Assembly (NCBI RefSeq): GCF_004010195.1
Contig: NC_057754.1
Location: forward strand, 5,302,228 to 5,366,227
Reading direction: 5' to 3'
DNA length: 64,000 bases
Source of the DNA: Chiloscyllium plagiosum
Lineage: Eukaryota
In this document: positions 49,001 through 61,000 of the stretch, piece by piece
Position numbering within the stretch: the stretch's first letter is position 1
Layout of the letters: every line of letters begins with the position of its first letter
The notes under the pieces: model-generated
Database searches by the model: none
Seen by the model: only the letters and a program-made list of their open reading frames with translations
What the model was told of the DNA's origin: nothing
Made by a program: the position numbers and the translations under genes

Positions 49001-52000
49001 GCATAACTACAAATTGAGGGGTGATAGATTTAAGACAGATGTCAGAGGCAGGTTCTTTACGCAGTGAGTGGTAAGGGCATGGAATGCACTACCCGCTAAT
49101 GTAGTCAACTCAGCCACATTAGGGAGATTTAAACAATCCTTAGATAAGCACATGGATGATTTTGGGATACTGTAGGGGGACGAGCTGAGAATAGTTCATA
49201 GGTCGGCGCAATATCGAGGGCTGAAGGGCCTGTTCTGCGCTGTATTGTCCTATGTTCTAAATCTTTTCTGAATCCTTTCAAGCCATCAGTCTTCCCTTGG
49301 GTGAAGATTGGCATCATTGATGCTGAGACCTCAGGGGAAGGGCGAGATGGACCGATCATTCTGCTTGTAGGTGGTTGTACCTGCTCCAAATGCAAATCCC
49401 TGTTTATTGCTCGAATGTGTTCAGCCTCTTCATCACTGAGGACTGGAATATTTATGGAGGTTCTTCCGCTCTCCGCGGTCTAATTCACAGCTGGAGCTGG
49501 CAGGTCGGCAGAGCTTTTCTCGAATCTGTTGGTTCTTGGATCTTCTAAGCTCAGACTATCACATCTTGCTTGGTGTACAACCAATCCTGTGTTACAGCTT
49601 CACCAGCTCGGGAGCTTATATTCAAGTGAGCTCCTGCTCTGATCTCCTGCATTCCAAACTGAGCCAGGGTTGATTCCTTGGCTTGTTGACGATGGGAAAA
49701 TAAGGAATTTGTTCTTTATTCATTCGTGGGCTGATGGGCATCACTGGCTGGGCCCAGCATTTATCACTCATCACTAGTCGCCCCCTTGAGAAGGTGGGGG
49801 GTGAGCTGCCTTCTTGAACCGCAGTAGGCCGTGTGCTGTGGGTAGAACCACAGGGAGAGAAATCCAGGATTTTGACCCAGTGACAGTGAAGGAACAGCCG
49901 ATAGATTTCCAAGTCAGGATGGGGAGTGGCGCGGAGGGAAGTTTGCGGGGATGTGGTGATATTCCCATGCATCTGCTGCCCTTCCAGACGGTAGAGATTG
50001 CCCCTTGAGAAGGTGAGCTGCCTTCTTGAACTGCTGTTGTCCACTTGCTGTGGGTTGACCCACAATGCCCTGAGGGAGGGAATTCCAGGATTTTGGCCCA
50101 GCGACACTGAAGGAACAGCAAGATATTTCCAAGTCAGGATGGTGAGTGGCTTGGAGGGGGAACTTGCAGGTGGTGGTGTTTCCATGTATCTGCTGTTCTT
50201 GTCCTTCTAGATGGAAGTGGTTGTGGGTTTGGAAGGTGCTGTCTGAGAACCTTTGGTGAACTTCTGCAATTCATCTTCTAGATAGTACACACTGCTGTGA
50301 CTGAGCATCGATGGTGGAGGGAGTGGATGCTTGTGAAGGTGGTGCCAATCAAAAGGGGGCTGCTTTGTCCTGGATGCTGTTGAGCGTCTTGAGTGTCGTT
50401 GGGGCTGCTCTCATTTAGGCGAGTAGGGAATATTCCAACACACTCCTGACCTGTAGATGGTGGACAGGCTTTGGGGAGTCAGGAGGTGAGTTACTCACCA
50501 CAGTATTCCTAGTCTAGCATCAGCACAGCTGATTTGAGCTGTAGATCTGTCCGAAATCTATCCCATTCAGATTGGTGGCATTGCCACATAACACAATAGG
50601 TATTGTCCTCAGTGTGAAAGTGACCCTTTCTCCCCACAAGGATGCAATCACTAAGAATGTCATTGAGAGTCATAGAGATGTACAGCATGGAAACAGACCC
50701 TTCAGCCCAACTCATCCATGCCGACCAGATAGCCCAAACCAATCCAGTCCCACCTGCCAGCACCCGGCCCATATCCCTCCAAACCCTTCCTACCAGCCAA
50801 GAGATATTCACTGAAAATTCCAACTCCATTGAGACCCCAATTGCTTCTGCTTAAAGTTAAGCCTAAAAAGTAAAAAAAAAATAGAAAACCTGGTGAGTGA
50901 GCTGGCCACACCCAGCCAGGCTGCTTCTATTGTTCCAACTTAAAAAAAAACCAAGGCCTCACAGGCTGTTGACTCAAATGGTCTTCAGTAGGCGGCTTGG
51001 CACCTCTGCCTTACAACCTCTCTTCAAATAAAACCAGGATGAAATAACCTCTTGATAGCCACAGCATTGTGACACCAGCATTTGGCCCATACCCTCTAAA
51101 CCTTTCCTATTCATAACCAAGGAGGGAGAAAATGTGCCCATTATTATGAGGAGTATTGACACTGACAAATCTACATTATTCCAGAGACTGTTAGGAGCAC
51201 GCTAGCCTGGGGTCAATCTCACCTAAGCTTTAGGAATGTGTGTTATTTACAGGGATAAGCATTTATACTTCTACATCTATGACTGTCTAAGTTAACCAAT
51301 TCTTCACTCTTTATTGAATATGCTTAGTTTTGGTAATAAATATGTTTATTAAGAAGACCCAACTGGTTTACAAACAAGGTATTTAATCTTGAAAACTGGA
51401 AGAAGCATCTGTAGATTTTATGCGGGTCTGGATTCCACACTCACTTAAGGAGTCCCAAGGCAACTATTGACTATATCAAGTCAGTCAAGTTGCTATAATC
51501 TTCCCAGACTGTAGGGCTGCTCTCTCATTAGACAGAGAGAGAGAGATGACTGGCAGAGGTTTAACCACACCTCAGGTGAGGGGGAGAGGTTGAGAAGGAG
51601 AGTCCCTCATGGTAACCTTAACCGGTAACCGGAATTGAACCCATTGCACTGGTGTCCCACTGCTTTGCCAACCAACCGTCCAGCCAACTGAGCTGAACCG
51701 ATGCCCACCTTGACTACATACTGCTAGGCTGCCACTTCCACTAGATGTCGTGAGACACGCGTGGTGGTAGAAGAGGTTTGGGACATTGGACAGTGGGATT
51801 CCCTCAGTGTGACCAAGTTGGCAATTACTTCACTCAACAGTTCTGCCCAATTTGGTAACACGCTCTTCAGATGGTAATAAATTGGACTGCGCAAGATTGA
51901 GTGGTCACATTTTCTTCTTGCCGAATCAGGAATGATTCCCAAATTCTCCTGGTGGACTGGCTTCCTACCCTTTCCCAATGTGACTTCCCCTTTTTGAGTT

Positions 52001-55000
52001 GCTTGGCCCCGGGCCGCTACAGACTCTCCCGAAGGTAACTTGCAGGGGCAGAGCTGGCTTTGCCAGAATCCTGTCCCACCCCCATCGGATAAGAGCTGGC
52101 CCAGTCGCAAGTTCGGACTCCATGTCCTTCCTCACCCTCCCCTGCACCTGTCTCGTTGCCAGCCTCTTGCCTGTTGCCAAGGCTGAGACGGACGGCAAGA
52201 CATGGAGACTCCTTCCCCATTCGCCTTGGGTGTGATTGAGGCTGGAAGAGTCGCTGGGATCCCACTTTTCCATAGGTCACAAAGTCCAAGACAGACCCTT
52301 CTTCCTGTTCCCAAGATTAAAGACCTTCAAGATTTATCAATTGGATTTTCTAAATAAACATATTTATTATCAAACTAAACACATTCAATGAAGACCTAAG
52401 AATTGGTTAACGCAGACAGTCAGGAATAAGTATAAATGCTTATCTGTGTAAATATCACCAAAACACACATTCTAGGGTCTTGGATGATATTGGTCCCAGG
52501 CTGGAGTGCTCCAAACAGTCTCTGGAGTAATGTAGGTTGCATTCATACAGAGTGTAAATAGCTGCAGTAATGATAATAAACTCCACACTGTCTACTTGAC
52601 AAGCCTCTTCTAGCTAGACCTGAAAGGTGGCTACCTTCATCCACACCAGATCACTTTGGGCATGAAGGACCCTCCACACAAAAAGCTGACTTCATCCCGC
52701 TCATCAGTAGAGCTTCTACAATTGACAAACCACCCAGGGGCTTCCACTCCTAACTGCTTTTTATCAACCCCCGCTGACTGGCGGAGGGTGTGTGGTTGCC
52801 GGATAACACCGGGGATTGTGGGAGATGCCTATCCCAAAGTGCTAACTTGCTATCAAAGGGCCTCCTAGTTGAGATAGGTGACAGCTGACACTGGCAGAAT
52901 AAATGATAGTCGTAGGGTCATACAGCACGGAAACAGACCCTTTGGTCTAACCAGTCCATGCCACATGATCCCAAGCTGAACTAGTCCCACTGCCTGCGCT
53001 TGGCCCATATCCTTCCAAATATTTCCTATTCATGTCCTTATCCAAATGTCTTTTAAACGTTGTGACTGTACCCACAATCCACCACTTCCTCTGGAAGTTC
53101 ATTCCACACACAAACCACCCTCTGTGTAAAACATTTGCCCCCATATCCTTTTTAAATCTCTTTTCTTTCATCTTAAAAATGTGCCCCATCCTATGGAAAA
53201 CACACCTATCATCAACTCTATCTGTACCCCTCACGGTATTATAAACTTCTATACGGTCGTCTCTCAACGACGTACGCTCCAGGTGATGGAGGGGTGGCAG
53301 TGGTGGAGTGGGGGGAGGTGATGATTGATGTAGGGAAGGTCTAGGTGAGTTGATAGCCCAATGGTATAATCGCTGGGCTGTAGATCCAGCTAATGTTCTG
53401 TGGACCTGGGTTCAAATCCCACCGTGACAGATTTTTGAATTCAATAAGAATCTGGAATTAAGTGTGCAATGATGATCGTGAATCCATCTGGTGTCCTTTA
53501 GGGAAGGAAACTGTCATCCTTACCCGGTCTGGCCTACATGTGACTCCAGACCCGCAGCAATGTGGCTGATTCTTGCCCCAACGTGGTATGCCCTCATCCT
53601 GTGAATGACATCAAAAAAGGGATAGAGGAGAGGGAAAATAGCACTTACTGTGCTGCTGTCGGACAACTGACATAGCCCTGAAGAATTGTGTGAGTTTTTG
53701 CTCAGGTGCTATCCCTGTGGTCACACCCATAGGTGGTTCCCGGAGTCAGCACGGTGGCTCATTCTGAATGGCAAGGCTGATGTGGCTCTGAAACATCTCA
53801 AACGGGTTGCAAAACTGAACCGCAAGGAGGAAGATGGGGAGAAACTCACCACTGCTGTAAGTGCCAACTTTAAAATTTAAATCACACATTGTTATCCCCG
53901 ACTAGTGCACTATGCACCTGCTGTTTGATGGATCAGATGGTAGCACTCTCATTGCCTTAGGGAGAGGTTTGTGAGTTTAAATTCTGCCACCGAGAAATCT
54001 AGGCTAGCACTTCCAGTGCAGTGAGAAGGTGCAGTCCTCCTGAAATCCTGCCTCTCAGATGCAGCATTAACCTGAAGCCCCGTCTGCCCCAGCCCGCAGA
54101 CAGGTAGAAAAGATTCCACAATGCTATTTTGAACGACCTCTCTGGTGTCCAACGACCAGCATTAGGGCTAGAAAGGCAGTGAAGCTCAATGGATTGAATG
54201 GCCGTATCCTGTTTAGATTAGATTAGATTAGATTAGATTACAGTGTGGAAACAGGCCCTTCGGCCCAACAAGTAGGCGGGAATTGAACCCGGGTCTCTGG
54301 CGCTGTGAGGCAGCAGTGCTAACCACTGTGCCACCCTCGAAAAATTAGATTACTTACAGTGTGGACATAGGCCCTTCGGCCCAACAAGTCCACACCGACC
54401 CTCCAAAGAGCAACCCACCCCACCTCGGGCAATTTAGCATGGCCAATTCACCTGACCTGCACACTTTTGGACTGTGGGAGGAAACCCACGCAGACACGGG
54501 GAGAATGTGCAAACTCCACACAGTCAGCCGCCTGAGGCGGGAATTGAACCCGGGTCACTGGCGCTGTGAGACAGCAGTGCTAACCACCATGCCACCCAAG
54601 TTCACAAATTTCTAATATTCCTGGTCAACATATATGGTCACAGATGTACAGTGCAGAAACAAGCCCTTTGGCCCAACCTGTCCATGCCGATCAGATATCC
54701 TGAATTAATATCATGCCATTTGTTAGCACTTAGCCCATATCTCTCTAAACCGTTCCTATTCATGTTCCCATCCAGATGCCTTTTAAATGTTGTCATTGTA
54801 CCAGCCTCCACCATTTCTTCTGGCAGCTCATTCCATACACGCACCACCCTCTGCGTGAAAAAGTTGCCCCTCAGATCCCTTTTCCCCTCTCACCCTAAAC
54901 CTATGCCCTCTAGTTCTGGACTCCCCAACCCCAGGGAAACCTTGTCTATTCACCCTATCCGTGCCCTTCATGATTTTATAAACCTCTATAAGGTCAGCCC

Positions 55001-58000
55001 TCAGCCACCAACATTCCAGGGAAAATAGCCCTAGACTATTCAGCCTCTCCCTATAGCTCAAACCCTCCAGCCCCAGCAACATCTCTTTGTAGCCCTCAAC
55101 CAACATCATTAAAGTAATTAATTTGGCCAGATACACATTGCCCGTTTATGGGATCTTTCTGTGTTGGGATATCTGCCCGGCAACAGCAACCACACAATGT
55201 AATACTTTGGGGCCTGTTGAGGTAGTGAGAGAAGCAATAGGAGGTCTCTTTACGCACGAAAGCAATTGTGTGTGCGTGAGTGAAAAGGGGTCAGCCGAGT
55301 GGGCGTCACAGATATGTTAACCTGGTCCAATTAGGGGGGAAGCCCTGGCTGACATACGTAAACAGGAGTGTCCGGGGTTCTGCTCACTCTGAGAGCTGGC
55401 TCTGAGGGAGCTGGGTCAGTGTCAGGGACTCTCTGTGTGTAAACAAAGGGCGAGGGGATACCGGCCTCGGTGCAGTTATTTCAGTGCCACACGTCATTTT
55501 CTGTTGAACACCTTGCCTGCTCTGATTGTGAAATGCCCAGCTCTCGCCCACGAGGAGAGCTGCAAAGTCTCAAACTTCTCATTGCTGCCTTGACCGAAAT
55601 GCTGTGACAGACTAAACGGCTAAACACGTTCGGCTGGAATCCCTGTTGCTGTACCATTATCACAGGCTGTTAGTCCGTTTTATCACAGAGTTCAATTGAT
55701 GGCTTGGTTAAATTATCCGCGAGAGTTCTGCAGGGTCTCAAAGCCTCCTCCCTCAGCTTTCCCAATCATCAAACTTTGCAAACCCAAAACCATTTCAATA
55801 CGTCATTCTTTGACTTTCAAGTACTCTGTAACATTCTGAGGAAATGATAATGTACACTTTCATGCTTAAAAGTACATAAAGTGTGGTATGGGGTAGACTG
55901 TAAAGTAACCCCACCCTTCCAACAGAGTATACAATCCATACAATGCAGGAAGAGGGCTTTCGGCCCATCAAGTCTGCATCGACCCTCCTACTCAATCCAC
56001 CACATCCCCATTACTCATGGCCAATCCACCTAACCTGCACATCTCTGGGCGGTATAGACTGGTCCATGTTCAACTCCAGTTTCCTCAACTTTGGAGGAAC
56101 GCCCACACAGACACAGGGAGAATGTGCAAACTCCACACAGGCAGTCGCTTGAGGCTAGAGCTGAATCTGGGCCCCTGGCGCCGTGAGGCAGCAGTACTAA
56201 CTACTGAGCCACCCTGTGTTTGCTTCAGATTTCCAGAATCTGCTGTGTTTCATCTTTGAGCACATGGGGACTTTGTCCTGAACCTCCTTTGCACCCGTGC
56301 GTGGGATATGAAAGAAAATCCATCGTTAGATCCCTTCATTCTAGCCTCAGGCAGCTGTCCCTCAGCAATATTCTCCATTTCTGGGACATCTGAACATTTC
56401 CTTTTTCATGTTTAAAAGCTGCAAATACATCATCCTACATTTCCTCTCTGTCTGTTGCACTCTCGGTCGATTGAAATAAAAATCTTTTCCGGCAATGTAC
56501 TTTTATTGTCACAAAACCTTTCCAACTTTTTAATTCTATTTCAGTCTAATATCTAAACTCTCCTGCAAAACGCTGATTTACCACGCATTATCTTCAGCTC
56601 CTTACAATCTTGATTAAACTGTAGACTCATTGAGTCATACAGCACGGAAACAGACCCTTCAGTCCGACCACTCCATGCCGAACATAATCCCAAATTAAAC
56701 TTGTCCCGCATGCCTGCTCCTGGCTCATATCCCTCCGAACATATCGGCTTCATGTACTTACCCTCATGTCTTTTAAACTGTACCCACTTTGTTGAGGGTG
56801 GCACAGTGGTTCAGTGGTTAGCGCTGCTCCCTCACCAGTGCCAGTGACCCAGGTTCAATTCCACTGGTGGGTGTCTGTGTGCGGTTTGCACATTCTCCCC
56901 GTGTCTGTGTGGGTTCCCTCCCACAGTCCAAAGATGTGCTGGTTAGGGTGGATTGACCATGCTGAGTCACCCATAGTGACCAGAAATGTGCAGACTAGGT
57001 GTATTAGCCATGGGTATAATGCAGGGATAGGGTGGGTCTGGGGGGTGGAATGTTGTTCAGAGAGCTGGTGTGGATTCAATGGGACAAATGGCCTGCTTCC
57101 ACAGTGTAGGGATTCTATGATTCCTCAGGAACTCCATTACACATGGAAACCAACCTCTGTGTAAAAGCATTTACCCTTCATGTCCTTTTTAAATGTCTCC
57201 TCTCACCTCAAGTGCCTCCTAGTCTTGAAATCCCCCGTCCTGAGGAAAAGACACCTACCGTTAACTCCATCTATACCTCTCATGATTTTATGAACCTCTA
57301 TAAGGTCACCTCTCAACCTCCTACGCTCCAGTGAAAGAAGTCCCCAGCCTTCTTTTATACCTCCCTGGCTCATCAAGTAACTTTCTCAGTTAACAAAACC
57401 CACTCTGCTCTTCGGTCCTTAATAAGACTGAGTCACAGGTTGATCATAAGCCTGGATGCTGCAAGGAATAGGGACGTGCTCAATACTGATGTGTCATAAC
57501 ATTGTGTGTGTTCCCAAAGGTCCTCAAGTCCAGTATGGAAAAGGAGATTTCAAACGTCAAGGGAAAATACAGTGTGCTGGACCTGTTCAAAACACCTGTC
57601 ATGTGCAAGACAGCCTACTGTACTATGCTTGTTTGGTAAGTTATCAAATAATGGCATTTGACACGCTTGACTTTATTGGTCAAGGAATTGAGTACCAGGG
57701 TCAGGATGTCATGTTGCAGCTTTATAAGACTTTGGTTAGGCCGCACTTAGATTGCTACATTCACTTCTGGTTGCTACATTACAGGAAGGCTGTGGAGCCT
57801 TTGGAGAGGGTGCAGAAAAGGTTTACCAGGAGGCTGCCTGGATTAGAGGGTATGGGCTACAGGGAGAGGCTAGAGAAACTCTGGTTGTTTTCTCTGGAGG
57901 CTGAGGGGAGACTTGGTAGAAGGCTATAGCTTTACGAGATGTCACGGCAACTGTTTTATGCAGAGAGTGTGTGGAATGAACTTCCTGAGGAAGTGTTGGA

Positions 58001-61000
58001 TGCGGGGACAGTTACAACGTTTAAAAGACATTTGGATAAGGACAAGAACAGGAAAGGGTTTGGAGGGATATGAGCCAGAAGCAGGCAGGTGGGACTAGTT
58101 TAATTTGGGATTATGATCGGCATGGACTGGTTGGTTAAGGCCCGGGGACAGATGAACTTCCCTCGGGGACATTATTGAACAACGTGGGTTCTTAACAATA
58201 ATCTGCATACACTTAGGTTCACGTTTTAACTCCAGATTTTTATTGAATTCAAATTTAACTATCTGAAAAGGTAGATTCAGAGCCATTAGTGTTAGCCTCC
58301 CAGGCATTAGCATGAAGTTCTGAAATGCCAGCCCAGAGGCTTTGCCACTACGTCACCACCTCTTCGTTTGCGACTTGATCAAAATCACCCTCAACCATCT
58401 CCTTCCTCTGCCAGGTTTTCAACCAGTTTTGCCTATTACGGGCTAGCGATAGACCTGCAAGGATTTGGCGTTGATATTTACCTCATCCAGATCATTTTCG
58501 GAGCCGTGGACATCCCAGCAAAGCTCATTGGGGTTGTGACGTTAAGTTATATCGGCCGCCGGTTCACACAAGGTACCTCCCTCATCCTGGCGGGGAGCAT
58601 CATTATCACAAACATCCTCATTCCAAAAGGTGAGGCCTATACGTTTTCCACATCCCTCTCTCTCCAATGGGCCTCAGATTAAACACGGGGAGGGGTGTCC
58701 TTTCCAGGAAGATGTGGGAGATTTACTTTAGGTGGTAACGTTGTGACTTTGTGGCGCAAAACCTGACTGAAACACCCGGCAGTGCACAGCTGGATCCCAG
58801 AAGTGGTATCGACAGGACACTTCCCTGACCTGAAGGGGTGTTTTCTTTCCCCAGGCATGTTCCAAGGATTGTCCCAGACCAGACCAACCTTGCTCTCCCT
58901 GTCTGCCTTGACGCTACAAGACAAGACTCAATTACCTTGGGCGTCTGTACATTCATGGTAGAGGATCAGTGCTGAGCCTGAGGCCTAGCTGCCAAAATAG
59001 CACCAACCATACACACTAGAATATCTCTGAAGAGATGCTTCCAGCCTGGCTTAGATCTGACTCTGGTCTATCTGTCTCGGCTCCTCTAGCAAAGAAGGAC
59101 CAGGCAATAGAGAGGCCATTTCACAGCCGTTGCTAGGCTATGAAGGTGTCAGTAGTCTACCGACTGGTTGTGCTGAGAGAGGTTCTCTCTACGGAGGCTC
59201 CAACTGGCCACTTCTAGCCCATGGAACCCAGCCAAGATTTTATCTCCCTCGGTGCCAATGTGTTAAAGTATTCAACAAAAGAATCTGCCTGAAAATGTCA
59301 AGCAGTTTATTAAACCATTGCTTCCCAAATTATTTTCTATTTTAAGTCTTGGACGTAATTGCAGGCGCAAGCTAAAACAAAGCGATAAAGCAACATTCAG
59401 TTCCTATTTTCAAAAATCTCAGTATTATTGGTCAATATTGCATCAGACCAACATGTGTTTTGAAATAAAAATGTTTAATGAAGCTTATTTAGACTTCAGC
59501 CAAGTTCTAGATCGTCCCCAGTGATGCCTCTCTCTATCCGTATCCACACAAATGTTGTAATTAGCCCAGCTCCCAAATTTTTCTCAAATGTCTCCATCTC
59601 CCTTCAGCTCAGACCAACATTCTCTACTCATTTCCATCCCTCCAAACTTCACTCGCTCTCTCACTCTGCACCAGACTCCCAACCTCAATACATCCACTGA
59701 CCAATCCCGTCTCCCTTATGTTGCCTTCTGTCTAGTCGTCAGTGCCCGTAAGGCAGAGTTGCTATGCTAGAGTAAGCAGACGGAAGCAGAAACCAGGACA
59801 TCTAAAGAGTCACACTTTCCAAGGTCAGGCTCCTGGTTTCTCAGTCTGTGACTGAGTTGACCATTCCGGCCTTTTCCGTGTGCCAGTCAGATTGGAGCCG
59901 GGCTGAAAGAATCTCTGTGGAGATATTCCAGTGTGCGCGGTTGGCGCCATTTTGGCAACCAGGCCTCAGGCTCGGTGCTGTCACACCATCTTCTATCCCA
60001 AATGCACGACACCAGAGGCGAGTGGGAATTGAGTCAGAGGCACAAGAAAATGGAGTCTTATCTTGTAGCATCAGCATTCAGAGGGAGAGCAAGGTTACTC
60101 TGGCCATCAGACCATCCCATTTGAATGTGCTGCTAAAAGTTGTTTCTGAGGCTGAGGGGGGGGTCATCACCCATCACCTTTGGGTGGCTCAGTTGTTAGC
60201 ACTGCTGCCTCACAGCTTCAGGGGCTAAGGTTCAACTCCAGCCTCGGGTGACTGCCTGTGTGGAGTCTGCATGTTCTCCCGAAGTCTGTGTGGCTTGCCT
60301 CCGGGTGCTCCTCCCACAGTCCAAAGATAGGTTGGCCACGCTAAAGTGTCCACAGATGTTGCAGGCTAGCTGGATTAGACATAGCAAAGGCAGGGTTACG
60401 GGGATAGGGTAGGTGGGTGTGGGTGACATGTCTTTTGGAGGGTCGTTATGGGCAGAAAGGCCTGCTCCCACACTGTAGGGATTCTATAATTCCTTGCTGC
60501 TCAGCAATATGGGTCCAGGCTTGTGCCATCAGACCCTCCGGACTGGGGGAGAGTCTGGAAATGCTTCCATTATTATCCTGTATTCCAGCAAAGCCTAATG
60601 CAAACCTGAGGGACAACACATTATCTTTTACTTTGGCACTTTACAGGCTTTTAAGACTCAATATTGAGTTTAACAACTGCAGAAGATGAACCTTGTCCTC
60701 CATTTTGCTTACCGCCATTGTCTTTCAGTGGATCTGATCCAACTTCCTCTGTCAACACCAATCATTAACACCGACATTTCATCTCTATCGCTCCTCTACT
60801 GCTATTGGCACTCCTTTGGCCTCTTGCTCTGGGGTTCCACCTGTTCACCTCGCTCCTTTATCCTCTTTCCCCACGGTATGAAACCCATCCTGTTTCCAGC
60901 CCCCTCCAGTTCCATCCCAGAGGTTAACTCTGTTTCTCACGCTCTGTACTGATTCTACCAGACCCGTGCTGAGTTTCTGCAGCACTTGTCGTTATTTCCC

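Noticed and set aside
57456..57929. 157-aa ORF as an SLC22-LINE fusion protein
   Set aside because: It crosses exon 6 in a different frame and runs into a CR1 fragment; the SLC22 frame hits TAA immediately on read-through.
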